64,000 bases of DNA from Aquificaceae bacterium (lineage in GTDB: Bacteria; Aquificota; Aquificia; Aquificales; Aquificaceae), in NCBI GenBank assembly GCA_037925075.1, contig JAXSNR010000001.1, positions 608,001 to 672,000 on the forward strand, written 5' to 3'. Positions within the stretch are counted from its first letter, which is position 1; the number at the start of each line of letters is the position of its first letter. Position numbers and translations under genes: made by a program. The notes beneath the pieces were generated by a model, which was given only the letters and a program-made list of their open reading frames with translations, was not told the DNA's origin and ran no database searches. This document shows positions 30,628 to 39,546 of the stretch, in pieces.

Positions 30628-31747
30628 TTTAAAACCTCCTTATAGAATTCCATAGCCTTGCGTATGTTTGAAGGCTTACCAAGTAGTAAAAGTGTATCCC
30701 CCTGTTCTATCTGCGTGTCTCCAGACACAGTAAGGTCAAGGCTCCCGTCAGACCTTCTTATGCCTATCACAGTAACGCCGTAAACCTTCCTTAGGTCTAT
30801 ATCTTTAAGTTTTTTACCCACAAGAGGGCTACTCTCTTGGACAAAGTATTCTACAATCTCAAGCTCCACCTCTTCACCGTAGGTTATCTTGTCAAAAAGG
30901 TCAGAAACATAACCCCCTGTTTCGTGTAGCATGTAGGAGAATAACCTGTTTGCTATTAGCTTGTCCGGCACTATAACCTTGTTGGCACCCAAATCTTCTA
31001 ACTTTTGAGCTGTGCCGTCGGTAGGTGCGGTAGAGTATACAAAAAGCTTTTCCTTATCGGGCACAAGAAGCCTTGCGGTGACGATTACCGCTATGTTTTT
31101 TGCTTCATCTTCCATATTGGCTATAAGATACCTTGCCCTTTGTATGCCTGCGGATAGGAGGGCGGTCTTTTTGAAGGGCTCTTCCACGATAAAGTATGTA
31201 AGTACTTAAGAGCTTCCTCTCTTGCGTCTATGACCACAAAGTCAATTTTTCTTTTGCGTAGAGCTTCCACGAGCCATGCGGAGGTTTTGTTGTATCCACA
31301 TATTATGGCATGATCTTTTAGTTTTTCAATGCCCGTTAGCATCTTTATGTATTTTATTAGGTTTAGTGTATAACCCACAAGGAAGACCCTTATAATAACC
31401 GTCACGGAAGTGGTAAAAACTCCTATCCCCATGAGAGCCAAAAAGGTGGTAAAAATCCTACCTATAGGTGTATCGGTTCCTTTGGCAATCTCACCAAAGC
31501 CTATGGTTCCTATGGTTATAACCGTCATGTATATGGAGTCTATAAAATTCCCATCAGAAAGTATCATGTATCCCAAAGTGCCCACACTCATGGAAAAATG
31601 GAGCAAAAGAAGAGGTACTCTTAACTCCTTCAAAGATTCTATGAGCCTACTCTGATAGATTTCTATCAGCTGTTTTTCTCTTTTCTTTTTTAGCCTAAGC
31701 CTTTTTCGTATGTTTTGTGCTCTTCTTGACATAGTTGGCATATGCAT
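30624..31747 (-). pseudogene. Potassium channel (ion-channel + TrkA_N + TrkA_C) split by a frameshift near 31200
   Basis: TIGFG filter and ICGY in one frame; the RCK continuation (YFIVEEPF...TrkA_C) in another frame. Confidence 0.75.
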
Positions 31748-31773
31748 TATATTTTATAACGTTGGTTCCCTTA

Positions 31774-32117
31774 GGGGGCGAATGGGTTCGACGGGAACCG
31801 TAGGACAGGGTTGCAGGCAGGGTGGCAACCTAAACAGCCAAGCAAAACACTTCCCGAAAGGGAACTTGCACTCGCTGCCTAATTAAAGGCAGTGGCTCTG
31901 CAACCGCTTTGCCTCTGGGTGGTTGACAGGGCTTAGAGACAGGGGTGTAGGCATGGGTTGGTGCAGGGCTGACCCAAGCCGAAAGTCTTCCCTGCTCGCC
32001 CTTTGGAAGTTTGCCAGTGGACGCCCAAAGGGTCAGAGGCAAAGCACTGGATAAGCCTGTAGAGGCTCTGAAGCTGAAGGTTTTCGGACGCGGGTTCGAT
32101 TCCCGCCGCCTCCACCA
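31774..32117 (+). ncRNA. ssrA: tmRNA; tag ORF about 31850-31882 (LPERELALAA*)
   Basis: 5' GGGGGCG...TTCGAC, 3' GTTCGATTCCCGCCGCCTCCACCA, tag ending in LAA-stop. Confidence 0.95.
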
Positions 32118-32119
32118 GA

Positions 32120-32899
32120 TTAAAACTCCTCTAACTCTCCCTCCTCAAAGCTAACCTGTTTCATAGCGGATATTAGTCTTTCAAAAACCGTGTAAAAATC
32201 CTCGTTCAAAACCCTTACGTATTTTCCGTAAGCCATCTGAAAGGCTTTTGAGACTATGTCTTCCTTTTGCAAGGCGTTTTTTAGCCCAAGCTCCTCATAC
32301 CTTGTGTTTAAAACCTCCTTTGCTTCCAAAAGTACCTTAGCCCTCTCTTCCCTTTCCACCTCCGCTTCCTTTAAAGACCTTTCTAAGAAGGAATCCACCT
32401 TTTTGAGAACCTTTTCAAAGGCATAGCCGGGGAATTTCTTGTCCGCCTCTCTGTCCACCACAAAGCCCACGGTGATAAGGTAAGCATCCTCTATAAACTT
32501 TTCCAGCTTGTACTCGGGAAGGCTTGGATTCTTTTGAAGGTAAGACATAAATATCTCGTATGCCTGATGGGCTCTATCCTTTAGGGAAGGCACCTTTTCC
32601 ACGTTTAGGGCTATTATGTAGTCCTTAGCCTCAGGTGGCAAGATTATGGCTGGGAATTCCTTCATGCCCAACTGCCTACCCGCCTCAAACCTGTGCTGTC
32701 CGTTTATGACCTCATAGTAGCCATCTTCGGTGGGCACCACAGAGATGGGCTCTACAAAGCCTATCTTTTCCATAGACTCCATAAGCCTTTTTATGTGCAT
32801 GTCAGAAAGCTCTCGCTGGATAGAAGGTATAAGAATCCTTTCCGCAGGGATTATGGTAAACTCTAATTCCAAGCCTCTTACAGGCTCATTGAACTTCAT
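32120..32899 (-). CDS. ParB/Srx N-terminal domain protein
   Basis: GFVEPI, YEVINGQHRF. Confidence 0.8.
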   Translation of the reverse strand: MKFNEPVRGLELEFTIIPAERILIPSIQRELSDMHIKRLMESMEKIGFVEPISVVPTEDGYYEVINGQHRFEAGRQLGMKEFPAIILPPEAKDYIIALNVEKVPSLKDRAHQAYEIFMSYLQKNPSLPEYKLEKFIEDAYLITVGFVVDREADKKFPGYAFEKVLKKVDSFLERSLKEAEVEREERAKVLLEAKEVLNTRYEELGLKNALQKEDIVSKAFQMAYGKYVRVLNEDFYTVFERLISAMKQVSFEEGELEEF

Positions 32900-32902
32900 G
32901 TT

Positions 32903-33229
32903 TTAACTTGCCTTTGCACCCTCCTTTATGTCTCTGTCTGGAACAATAAGGGAAAGATTTTCCCCGTCAGAAAGTGCCAGTACCATGCCCTGAGACTCCA
33001 CACCGAATATTTTTCTTGGCTTTAGGTTTGCCAGAATAAGCACCTTCTTTCCCACCAATTCCTCTGGGCTATAGTGCTTTGCTATGCCAGCCATCAAGGT
33101 ACGTTCTTCCTCTCCAAGGGAGACCCTTAATCTTAATAACTTTTCTGAACCCTCCACCCTTTCCGCGGAAAGCACCTTGGCAAGCCTTATGTCTAACTTT
33201 AAAAAGTCCTCTATGCCTACGAGTTCCAT
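32903..33229 (-). CDS. Stand-alone tRNA-binding protein (Trbp111/MetRS C-terminal-like)
   Basis: DFLKLDIR, NLKPRKIFGVESQGM OB-fold. Confidence 0.9.
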   Translation of the reverse strand: MELVGIEDFLKLDIRLAKVLSAERVEGSEKLLRLRVSLGEEERTLMAGIAKHYSPEELVGKKVLILANLKPRKIFGVESQGMVLALSDGENLSLIVPDRDIKEGAKAS

Positions 33230-33241
33230 GGATATTATATT

Positions 33242-35554
33242 TTAATCTACCTTACCGCTACCGGGAACATGCCTCATAAACTCAATCAGTTCATAAACAA
33301 CCACATTTAGAGGGAAGAGATAATCTTCCTTCATTCCATCTTCGGTTTCTCTCCTTATAGTTATGTACACGTTTCTTTCCTTTGAGTACAGACTGAGCTT
33401 GCTAAAGGGAACCTGAAAGGCTTCGCTTTCGTACATGGAAAGGGCTATAAGAGTGAAAAGGAAAAGGTTGTGCTGTTGGGAATAGACCTCATCAGAAGAC
33501 CATCCTATCTTTTCCGTGTAAAAGACCTGAAGGGAGGGATGGTATATATCTTCAAACTCCCTTTGGGGGCTTGAGGGCTTTATGGCTATCGCCGCAGCAT
33601 CCTCTTCAAGCCTTATACCCAAAGCCTTGGCAAGGTCTTTGAACTGTTGAGTGTATATAACAAGGCAGTTTCTTTCTGCTTTCTTGGATACGTATGCGGT
33701 CTTTAGCTCCTTGTATCTTACAAAGATGGACTTTCTCTCAAACTCAGTCTCCGAACTAAGGTCCTTATAAAGAGTGCTGGCATAACCATCCTTTAGGGCA
33801 CTAATAAAGCAGAACCTACTCCTTTGGTCCTCAAGTCTTTCTTTTATGTATTTTCTTAGATTTTCCACATCTGCACCAAAGCTATCACACATAACAAAAA
33901 ACTTTTCCTCAAGCTGTATCTGAGCCTTTCCTTCCTTTGCATGTATGGTGTATAACTCGTACATGTAGTGCCTACTTGCGGAGGCTTGGGATAAATCACC
34001 CCTTTTGTAAAAGAAACGCGAGGAGGGTTTTTCAAGTAGAACATGAAGAACCACTTCCTCTGGAAGCTTAAAACCCTCATACTCAAAGTGTAGTATCTTA
34101 GAATCCTTGTAAAGACTTATGAGCATGTTTTTAAGGGATGAATCTGATATATTGGAAAGAAAGCGTTTGGTTATAGTCTGAAAGGGCAAGCCGTAGTAGT
34201 CATACACATCACTTATATAATCCCAAAAGTCATATTTTTGATCCTTTTCAAGGTCCGTGTTTAAAAGCAGAAGTACTCCTTCCATCTTGTCCTTCTGGTC
34301 CAGATTGCGTCTTAAAAAGCCGTTTATTCTTGCGGTAAAATACATGATAGCGTAGAGTAGATTAACAGACTCTTCGTGTTTTAGCTCTCTGGAATTACCT
34401 TCTAACTTTTTTAAGATATTAAAAAACCCTTCCCCTCCAAAAAGTTTGTGTATTTGTGCATTAACATCCTTTATGCTTATATTTACATCTCCAACATAAC
34501 GTTTCTTACTTATTAATTCAAGCTTATTTTTTAGCTCCTCTATATACTTCTCTGTACCATCTTCATAGAAAACAAAAAGCTCCAAGTCTCTGGCTGGCAC
34601 CTCGTAAAGTCCATAGGTCAAAGAAGTTTGTTTTTCTTTTGCCTCCTCCTTGAGAAAAACACCTACAAGCTTTTCGCTTTTTATCTCACCTTGAAGCACC
34701 TTTTTGACAAACTTTAACCAATCTTGGCGAAGTTTGGTAAGGTTTTCTTCCTTTAGAGCCTCATCAAGAAGTGCCTCCAAATCTTTTAGGCTTTTTCCTT
34801 CTTCTTCTAGATGGTATTCAAGGTCCTTAAGCTCCTTGTTTTCTGATAGCCTCTGCCACAGTTTTTGCTTTGTGTCTTGCTTTCTGGTGTACATGCTCAC
34901 GTTGGAGACCAAAATTACGTTCTCAAAGCGGTCAAAATTTACAGGAAACAGATAGTAGGCTAAGGTGGAATAGGGAAAGCGATAGTGGGAACCAAAAACG
35001 CCCTCTTTTATGTTTTTTAGCATCTCTTTAACATCTTTTAAGTAGTCCCTTACCCATTCATCTTCTGTGTTTTCAAGCCACTCTCTCAAAAGCTCCTCCC
35101 TTAGGTCATACTTTAGCTCCTCTGTAAGCTCCTCATCTTCGTGTCCCCTTACCCTCAAAAATACCATACCCGCATGGCTTGAAAGCTCAGAGGGATTACC
35201 TATATCCAACTCCACCACTTTAAACTGGGCTCTTTGGTCTCTTCTGTAAAAACTCGCCTTCTTGTCGGACTTTATAATCTTAAAAAGGTTTTGCCATTTG
35301 CTAATGATCCGTTGTTCATAAAGTGCCTTGTAAGGCACATGATAATCTATATTTTCAAGAAAGTCCTTAAACACTTGGTATGCTATTTTCTTATCTATCT
35401 TATCTATTAACATTTTGATAAGCTTTGCCAAGTTTTCCAAGTATTGAGGATTTTTGTTATAGAAAATCCCAGAGTACATGAAATCCCTACCAAGACGCTT
35501 ACCCTCCGCAAAGGCATCCATCCTATCGTCCCATTGTTTTCCCGGTATTTCCAT
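33242..35554 (-). CDS. 770-aa protein with a putative divergent Argonaute-like MID-PIWI module (probably catalytically impaired)
   Basis: MID-like YYGLPFQTIT...LKNMLISLYK; PIWI-like strand order VVLHVLLEK, RFCFISALKDG, SIFVRYK, CLVIYT, HPSLQVF, ALSMYESEAFQVP. The ORF is certain; the fold is inferred. Confidence 0.55.
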   Translation of the reverse strand: MEIPGKQWDDRMDAFAEGKRLGRDFMYSGIFYNKNPQYLENLAKLIKMLIDKIDKKIAYQVFKDFLENIDYHVPYKALYEQRIISKWQNLFKIIKSDKKASFYRRDQRAQFKVVELDIGNPSELSSHAGMVFLRVRGHEDEELTEELKYDLREELLREWLENTEDEWVRDYLKDVKEMLKNIKEGVFGSHYRFPYSTLAYYLFPVNFDRFENVILVSNVSMYTRKQDTKQKLWQRLSENKELKDLEYHLEEEGKSLKDLEALLDEALKEENLTKLRQDWLKFVKKVLQGEIKSEKLVGVFLKEEAKEKQTSLTYGLYEVPARDLELFVFYEDGTEKYIEELKNKLELISKKRYVGDVNISIKDVNAQIHKLFGGEGFFNILKKLEGNSRELKHEESVNLLYAIMYFTARINGFLRRNLDQKDKMEGVLLLLNTDLEKDQKYDFWDYISDVYDYYGLPFQTITKRFLSNISDSSLKNMLISLYKDSKILHFEYEGFKLPEEVVLHVLLEKPSSRFFYKRGDLSQASASRHYMYELYTIHAKEGKAQIQLEEKFFVMCDSFGADVENLRKYIKERLEDQRSRFCFISALKDGYASTLYKDLSSETEFERKSIFVRYKELKTAYVSKKAERNCLVIYTQQFKDLAKALGIRLEEDAAAIAIKPSSPQREFEDIYHPSLQVFYTEKIGWSSDEVYSQQHNLFLFTLIALSMYESEAFQVPFSKLSLYSKERNVYITIRRETEDGMKEDYLFPLNVVVYELIEFMRHVPGSGKVD

Positions 35555-35557
35555 GTC

Positions 35558-38500
35558 TTACCCCTCCTCAAGAAGTTTATATATAAATTCTATGGGGAAT
35601 TTGGCAAACCTGCCACTTAACACCTCCTTGTAAGGATAGTCTTCTCCAAGAGGGATTATCGCATATTCCTTTACACCCTCTATGTTTTTACAGCTTGTGG
35701 TAATATCTAAGCCTCCCCCTAGCACATCCGCCCCACCTCTGCCCACTCTACTTGATATGGCAAACCTAAGATGATGATCTCCCTGATTACCCAAAACATG
35801 CTCTGTAAAGACCCATGCGTACACAGGAATTAAAAAGGTAATTCCATAAACTTCCCTTGTGGCAATTTCGTTCAGAAAATACTCTATATCCCTTGTTTTG
35901 TCCTCGTTGTGTTCATTTAGCTTGTCTTTTACTTTATTAAAGTAAAACATTGCCTTCTTTCTCTTTTCGTTATCAAAGCTTATGTGCAAAGTGCCCCATA
36001 AAAGCACGTAGGGATGATAGTATTCTATGTTTTCAAAGGTTTTGGGAACATCGTTGGTATATACAGAGATTCCAGAGGAGATCTCTTTTACCAAGAAATG
36101 TATATACTTTGCCAGTTCTTGATCCTTTGAGGATTCCATCATATAAACATCTTCAAGGAACTGCATTATGTTTTCGAGGTCAGAAAAGCGGTTCATCCTA
36201 TATACGGTGCTATGCTGTGCGGGAACGGGAACTATAACGGGACGGTCTGGAGTTTTTAGAAAGTCTTCTATTATCTTTTGAACTACAAAGTCAAGTTGAA
36301 GCTTTTGTTTGAGATGCTCCCTTTTGTAAAGGAGCCTTACCAAATTCTCGTCCTGATACTCCACAAGTTGTGTTAGCTTTTCAATAGTGTAATCTTTTTC
36401 TTTTTGAACCATGTATATAAGGTGTATGTACCTTGGCGTGTTTTCTGTTTTTTCATCGCCCCTTGCCCTTGATATGGCTTGAATGATTTCCACAAGGTTT
36501 TGTTCTATGCCCCAATCGGTTATGACCACAAAGATTCTATCCACAGGTTTATGAGGCCTGCTAAAGTCCAAGCCCCTTGAAACTGCGGAGGTGCCCATTA
36601 TAACATCTTGATCTCCCTCGTTTATGTCCCTCTGACTTTTTCTTGAACTTGCGGTTATGTATAGGTTGGAGACTTCTTTACTGTCAAAATACTGGCGAAG
36701 CTCCGCTATCATTTCCTTGTCTTGCACATACAAAAAGGCTGTGCTTTTCTTTTGTAGGTTGCCAATTATATAATCTCCTATTAGTTCAGCAAGTTTTACT
36801 TTTCCATCATCATTCAATTCCACATCAAGCATAAACTTTTTGTTTATGTACAAACCGCTTGCGGGATATCCATGCTTTGCGTATATCTCAAGAGGTATGC
36901 CCTTGTACGCAGTTTTCAATTCTGGCGTATAGTTGCAAAGAACAAGAGAATCGGGAATTACTTGGTAGGATTCAAACTCTCTCATAAGCCTCTCCAAAAG
37001 CTCGGGGGAGTATCCGTTGGCATCAAACAGGTACAAGTACGCCTTTCCGCCTTTTTCTTTTACCTTTGAAACAAAATCAAACATCCTTTGTATGGCATCA
37101 AGCCCATTTCTGTATCCATAAAACTCGTCAAGGATAATGTGAATGTGATAATTCTTTACCACCTTTGACCTAAGAAGTTTTTCAAGATGTTTAGAAGTGT
37201 TGCCGTAGTCCGTATCCACTATGGCTTGTATGGTGGAAAAGCTCCATATCTGTAAGTGTTTTTCGTCTACGGCTTTGAGTATTTTTTCCACAGTTCTTTT
37301 GAGTATGCCCTCTTTCTTTTCTACATCTTCATAACCTTGTCCTGTATGCCTTTTATACTTATTTTCCGAGTATGATTTTCTTTCGTATATGACTTTTACC
37401 TTGTCGGCACCAGACTTTTCTACTTGGTCCTTTTCCTTTTCTATAAGACTTACTCTTGTTGCCATGTACAGTACTATGTGCTTTCCTTGAGAGTTTAGTA
37501 TAAGGTTTCTCAGAGTTGATGTTTTTCCACTTCCTGCGGAATGAAGCAAAGCAATGGCTTTACAGTCTTCTTGAGAATTAAAAAATTCATTTAGCCTATC
37601 CTTTACATCGTCCCGGGCTTCCTGTATAGGGTTTGTCTGTATAAAAATGGTCTCTTTTTCCCTTTGTTTCATCTCCTCTATGTACCTTTGTATATCCTGC
37701 AAAGCCTCCTTTTCCAACCTTTTACTCTTTCCCGCTCTTTGACCTACGGTTTCATCAAGCTCCTCGTAAGCCCATTCTTTACTTTTAAGCTCTCTATAAA
37801 TCTCCTTTGCCCTTTGTTTGTAGCTTGAAAGCTTGGAAATGTCCCAGGGTTCAACTACAAAGCGTGTTCTCAGAGGCTCTGCGGCAGGATACAAAAGCTC
37901 AAGGCAAAGCTCCCTAAGGTCTTTTGTCCACATCTCCGTGAGATAATCCACCCCATAGCAAATCAGCTGAGAAAAGCCCTTTAGCTCCACAAATACATCT
38001 TGAAGTTCCTTAAGTGGCTCCTCAAGTAGTACGAAGTTTTTAACAAAGTTAAGAAAGTTCAACTCACCTAAGGAAATGCTAACTGGCACTCCTACATTTA
38101 CGACGGGTAGTCTTGGCAAGTTATCTACTCTGCCTCTGTCAAAGACATCCTTTAGCCAAGAGAGAAGTCCAGAAAGCTTAAAATCCACTATGTATAGGGT
38201 TCCATTTCTCCTATAGACAAGGTCCGCATTTCTCCACACTATGTCCGCGGACTCCTCTCCCATTTCGACCTTTTCAAGCTCTATGTTTTTTCCATCTCCC
38301 GCATAAAGAAGACCGCCGTAGTATCCAAGCATGTAGGTGGCAAGCACATATATTCTCTGTGCGGTTTCTGGTCTTATGTCAGTCCCAATCTTATCCCAGT
38401 CTTGTATGGGTCTTTCAAGCTCGCTTATAATTCCTTGCGGTAAGCCTTCAGACCTTAAAAAGTCAAAGAGATGCCCTTTAAAGCCTCTTATAAGCTCTGG

Positions 38501-38575
38501 CCTTGCCTTTTCTAAAAATCCAACCTTAAAAGCCCCCTCAAAGACGAAACCTGCAAGCTCGTCTATCTCCCTCAT
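35558..38575 (-). CDS. PD-(D/E)xK nuclease - SF2 helicase fusion (1005 aa)
   Basis: NADL...IVDFK and QLICY nuclease motifs; Walker A HSAGSGKT, ILDE, motif V TSAVSRGLDF, motif VI QAISRARG. Confidence 0.82.
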   Translation of the reverse strand: MREIDELAGFVFEGAFKVGFLEKARPELIRGFKGHLFDFLRSEGLPQGIISELERPIQDWDKIGTDIRPETAQRIYVLATYMLGYYGGLLYAGDGKNIELEKVEMGEESADIVWRNADLVYRRNGTLYIVDFKLSGLLSWLKDVFDRGRVDNLPRLPVVNVGVPVSISLGELNFLNFVKNFVLLEEPLKELQDVFVELKGFSQLICYGVDYLTEMWTKDLRELCLELLYPAAEPLRTRFVVEPWDISKLSSYKQRAKEIYRELKSKEWAYEELDETVGQRAGKSKRLEKEALQDIQRYIEEMKQREKETIFIQTNPIQEARDDVKDRLNEFFNSQEDCKAIALLHSAGSGKTSTLRNLILNSQGKHIVLYMATRVSLIEKEKDQVEKSGADKVKVIYERKSYSENKYKRHTGQGYEDVEKKEGILKRTVEKILKAVDEKHLQIWSFSTIQAIVDTDYGNTSKHLEKLLRSKVVKNYHIHIILDEFYGYRNGLDAIQRMFDFVSKVKEKGGKAYLYLFDANGYSPELLERLMREFESYQVIPDSLVLCNYTPELKTAYKGIPLEIYAKHGYPASGLYINKKFMLDVELNDDGKVKLAELIGDYIIGNLQKKSTAFLYVQDKEMIAELRQYFDSKEVSNLYITASSRKSQRDINEGDQDVIMGTSAVSRGLDFSRPHKPVDRIFVVITDWGIEQNLVEIIQAISRARGDEKTENTPRYIHLIYMVQKEKDYTIEKLTQLVEYQDENLVRLLYKREHLKQKLQLDFVVQKIIEDFLKTPDRPVIVPVPAQHSTVYRMNRFSDLENIMQFLEDVYMMESSKDQELAKYIHFLVKEISSGISVYTNDVPKTFENIEYYHPYVLLWGTLHISFDNEKRKKAMFYFNKVKDKLNEHNEDKTRDIEYFLNEIATREVYGITFLIPVYAWVFTEHVLGNQGDHHLRFAISSRVGRGGADVLGGGLDITTSCKNIEGVKEYAIIPLGEDYPYKEVLSGRFAKFPIEFIYKLLEEG

Positions 38576-38611
38576 ATAGAATATATAACAGCAAAACAGT
38601 GTATTTCCTAA

Positions 38612-39427
38612 CTAAAACCTTGCTTCGCAGACCTGTTCGTATTCTATAAGCTCGGTTATCTTTGGCTCTTTGCCACAAAGAGGGCAGTTTGGGTCTTTGC
38701 GAAGCTTTACCTTTCTGAAATCCATGGAAAGGGCATCCATTATAAGAAGCTTGCCCACTAAAGGCTCACCAATACCTAACAAGACCTTTATGGCTTCTGT
38801 TGCCTGAATACAACCCATTATGCCACCTATTGAGCCAAGGATTCCAGCTTCCTGGCAGGATGGCACAAGCCCGGGAGGTGGAGGCTCTGGATAAAGACAT
38901 CTGTAGCAAGGAGAGTTTTCTTTATCTCTGTAGTCAAAGACAGAGATCTGTCCTTCAAACCTAAGCATTGCCGCAGATACAAGGGGCTTCCCAAGAAAGT
39001 AGCATGCGTCGTTTATGAGAAACCTTGTGGGAAAGTTGTCGGTGCCATCCAAAACCACATCGTAGTCCTTTATGATATCCAGTATATTGGACTTGTTGAG
39101 CATGGTGTTGTAGGTTATCACCTTCACATCTGGGTTTAGCTTTTCCACAGTCATACGTGCGGACTCTACCTTTGGAACGCCTACCCTTTCCGTGTTATGA
39201 AGTATCTGCCTTTGTAGATTAGAAAAGTCCACCACATCAAAGTCCACTATACCTATGGTACCCACGCCTGCAGCCGCAAGGTAGTATATGGCAGGAGAGC
39301 CAAGCCCACCAGCACCTACAACCAACACCTTTGACTTCAAAAGCTTTTCCTGCCCTTTGCCACCAACTTCTGGCAGGATTATATGCCTTGCATACCTTTT
39401 TATCTGTTCTTCTGTGAACTGGAACAT
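38612..39427 (-). CDS. moeB: MoeB/ThiF family adenylyltransferase
   Basis: RYARH, GAGGLG, SNLQRQ, CYRC, CPLC. Confidence 0.9.
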   Translation of the reverse strand: MFQFTEEQIKRYARHIILPEVGGKGQEKLLKSKVLVVGAGGLGSPAIYYLAAAGVGTIGIVDFDVVDFSNLQRQILHNTERVGVPKVESARMTVEKLNPDVKVITYNTMLNKSNILDIIKDYDVVLDGTDNFPTRFLINDACYFLGKPLVSAAMLRFEGQISVFDYRDKENSPCYRCLYPEPPPPGLVPSCQEAGILGSIGGIMGCIQATEAIKVLLGIGEPLVGKLLIMDALSMDFRKVKLRKDPNCPLCGKEPKITELIEYEQVCEARF

Positions 39428-39428
39428 A

Positions 39429-39461
39429 GTTAATAAATTATAAGCAAGTCTATGCTAAGTG
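39429..39461 (+). repeat. 33-bp direct repeat, copy 1
   Basis: gttaataaattataagcaagtctatgctaagtg; 31/33 identical to 45812-45844. Confidence 0.85.
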
Positions 39462-39500
39462 CCAAAAGAATAAAAAAAGGGGAAGAAAGAAAAGGGAGGT

Positions 39501-39517
39501 GAGCAGGGGCTCTGCTC
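39501..39517 (-). terminator. Probable intrinsic terminator after the porin gene
   Basis: GAGCAG-N5-CTGCTC hairpin followed by pyrimidine/T tracts on the minus strand. Confidence 0.45.
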
Positions 39518-39546
39518 TATTTAGTTAAAAAGGCAGGAGCAGCCCC

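Noticed and set aside
31830..32115. Two minus-strand ORFs (70 aa and 60 aa, MEAAGIEPAS...)
   Set aside because: Antisense shadows of the tmRNA; the MEAAGIEPA pattern is the reverse complement of the T-arm/acceptor end.
35558..38575. Type I/III restriction subunit or Cas3
   Set aside because: No methyltransferase, specificity or cas genes nearby; no HD domain; the partner lacks SAM-binding (FxGxG) and NPPY/DPPY motifs.
32100..38600. Integrative element at the tmRNA 3' end carrying the nuclease-helicase operon
   Set aside because: No integrase and no duplicated tmRNA 3' end were seen; housekeeping-like parB-domain and trbp111 genes intervene.
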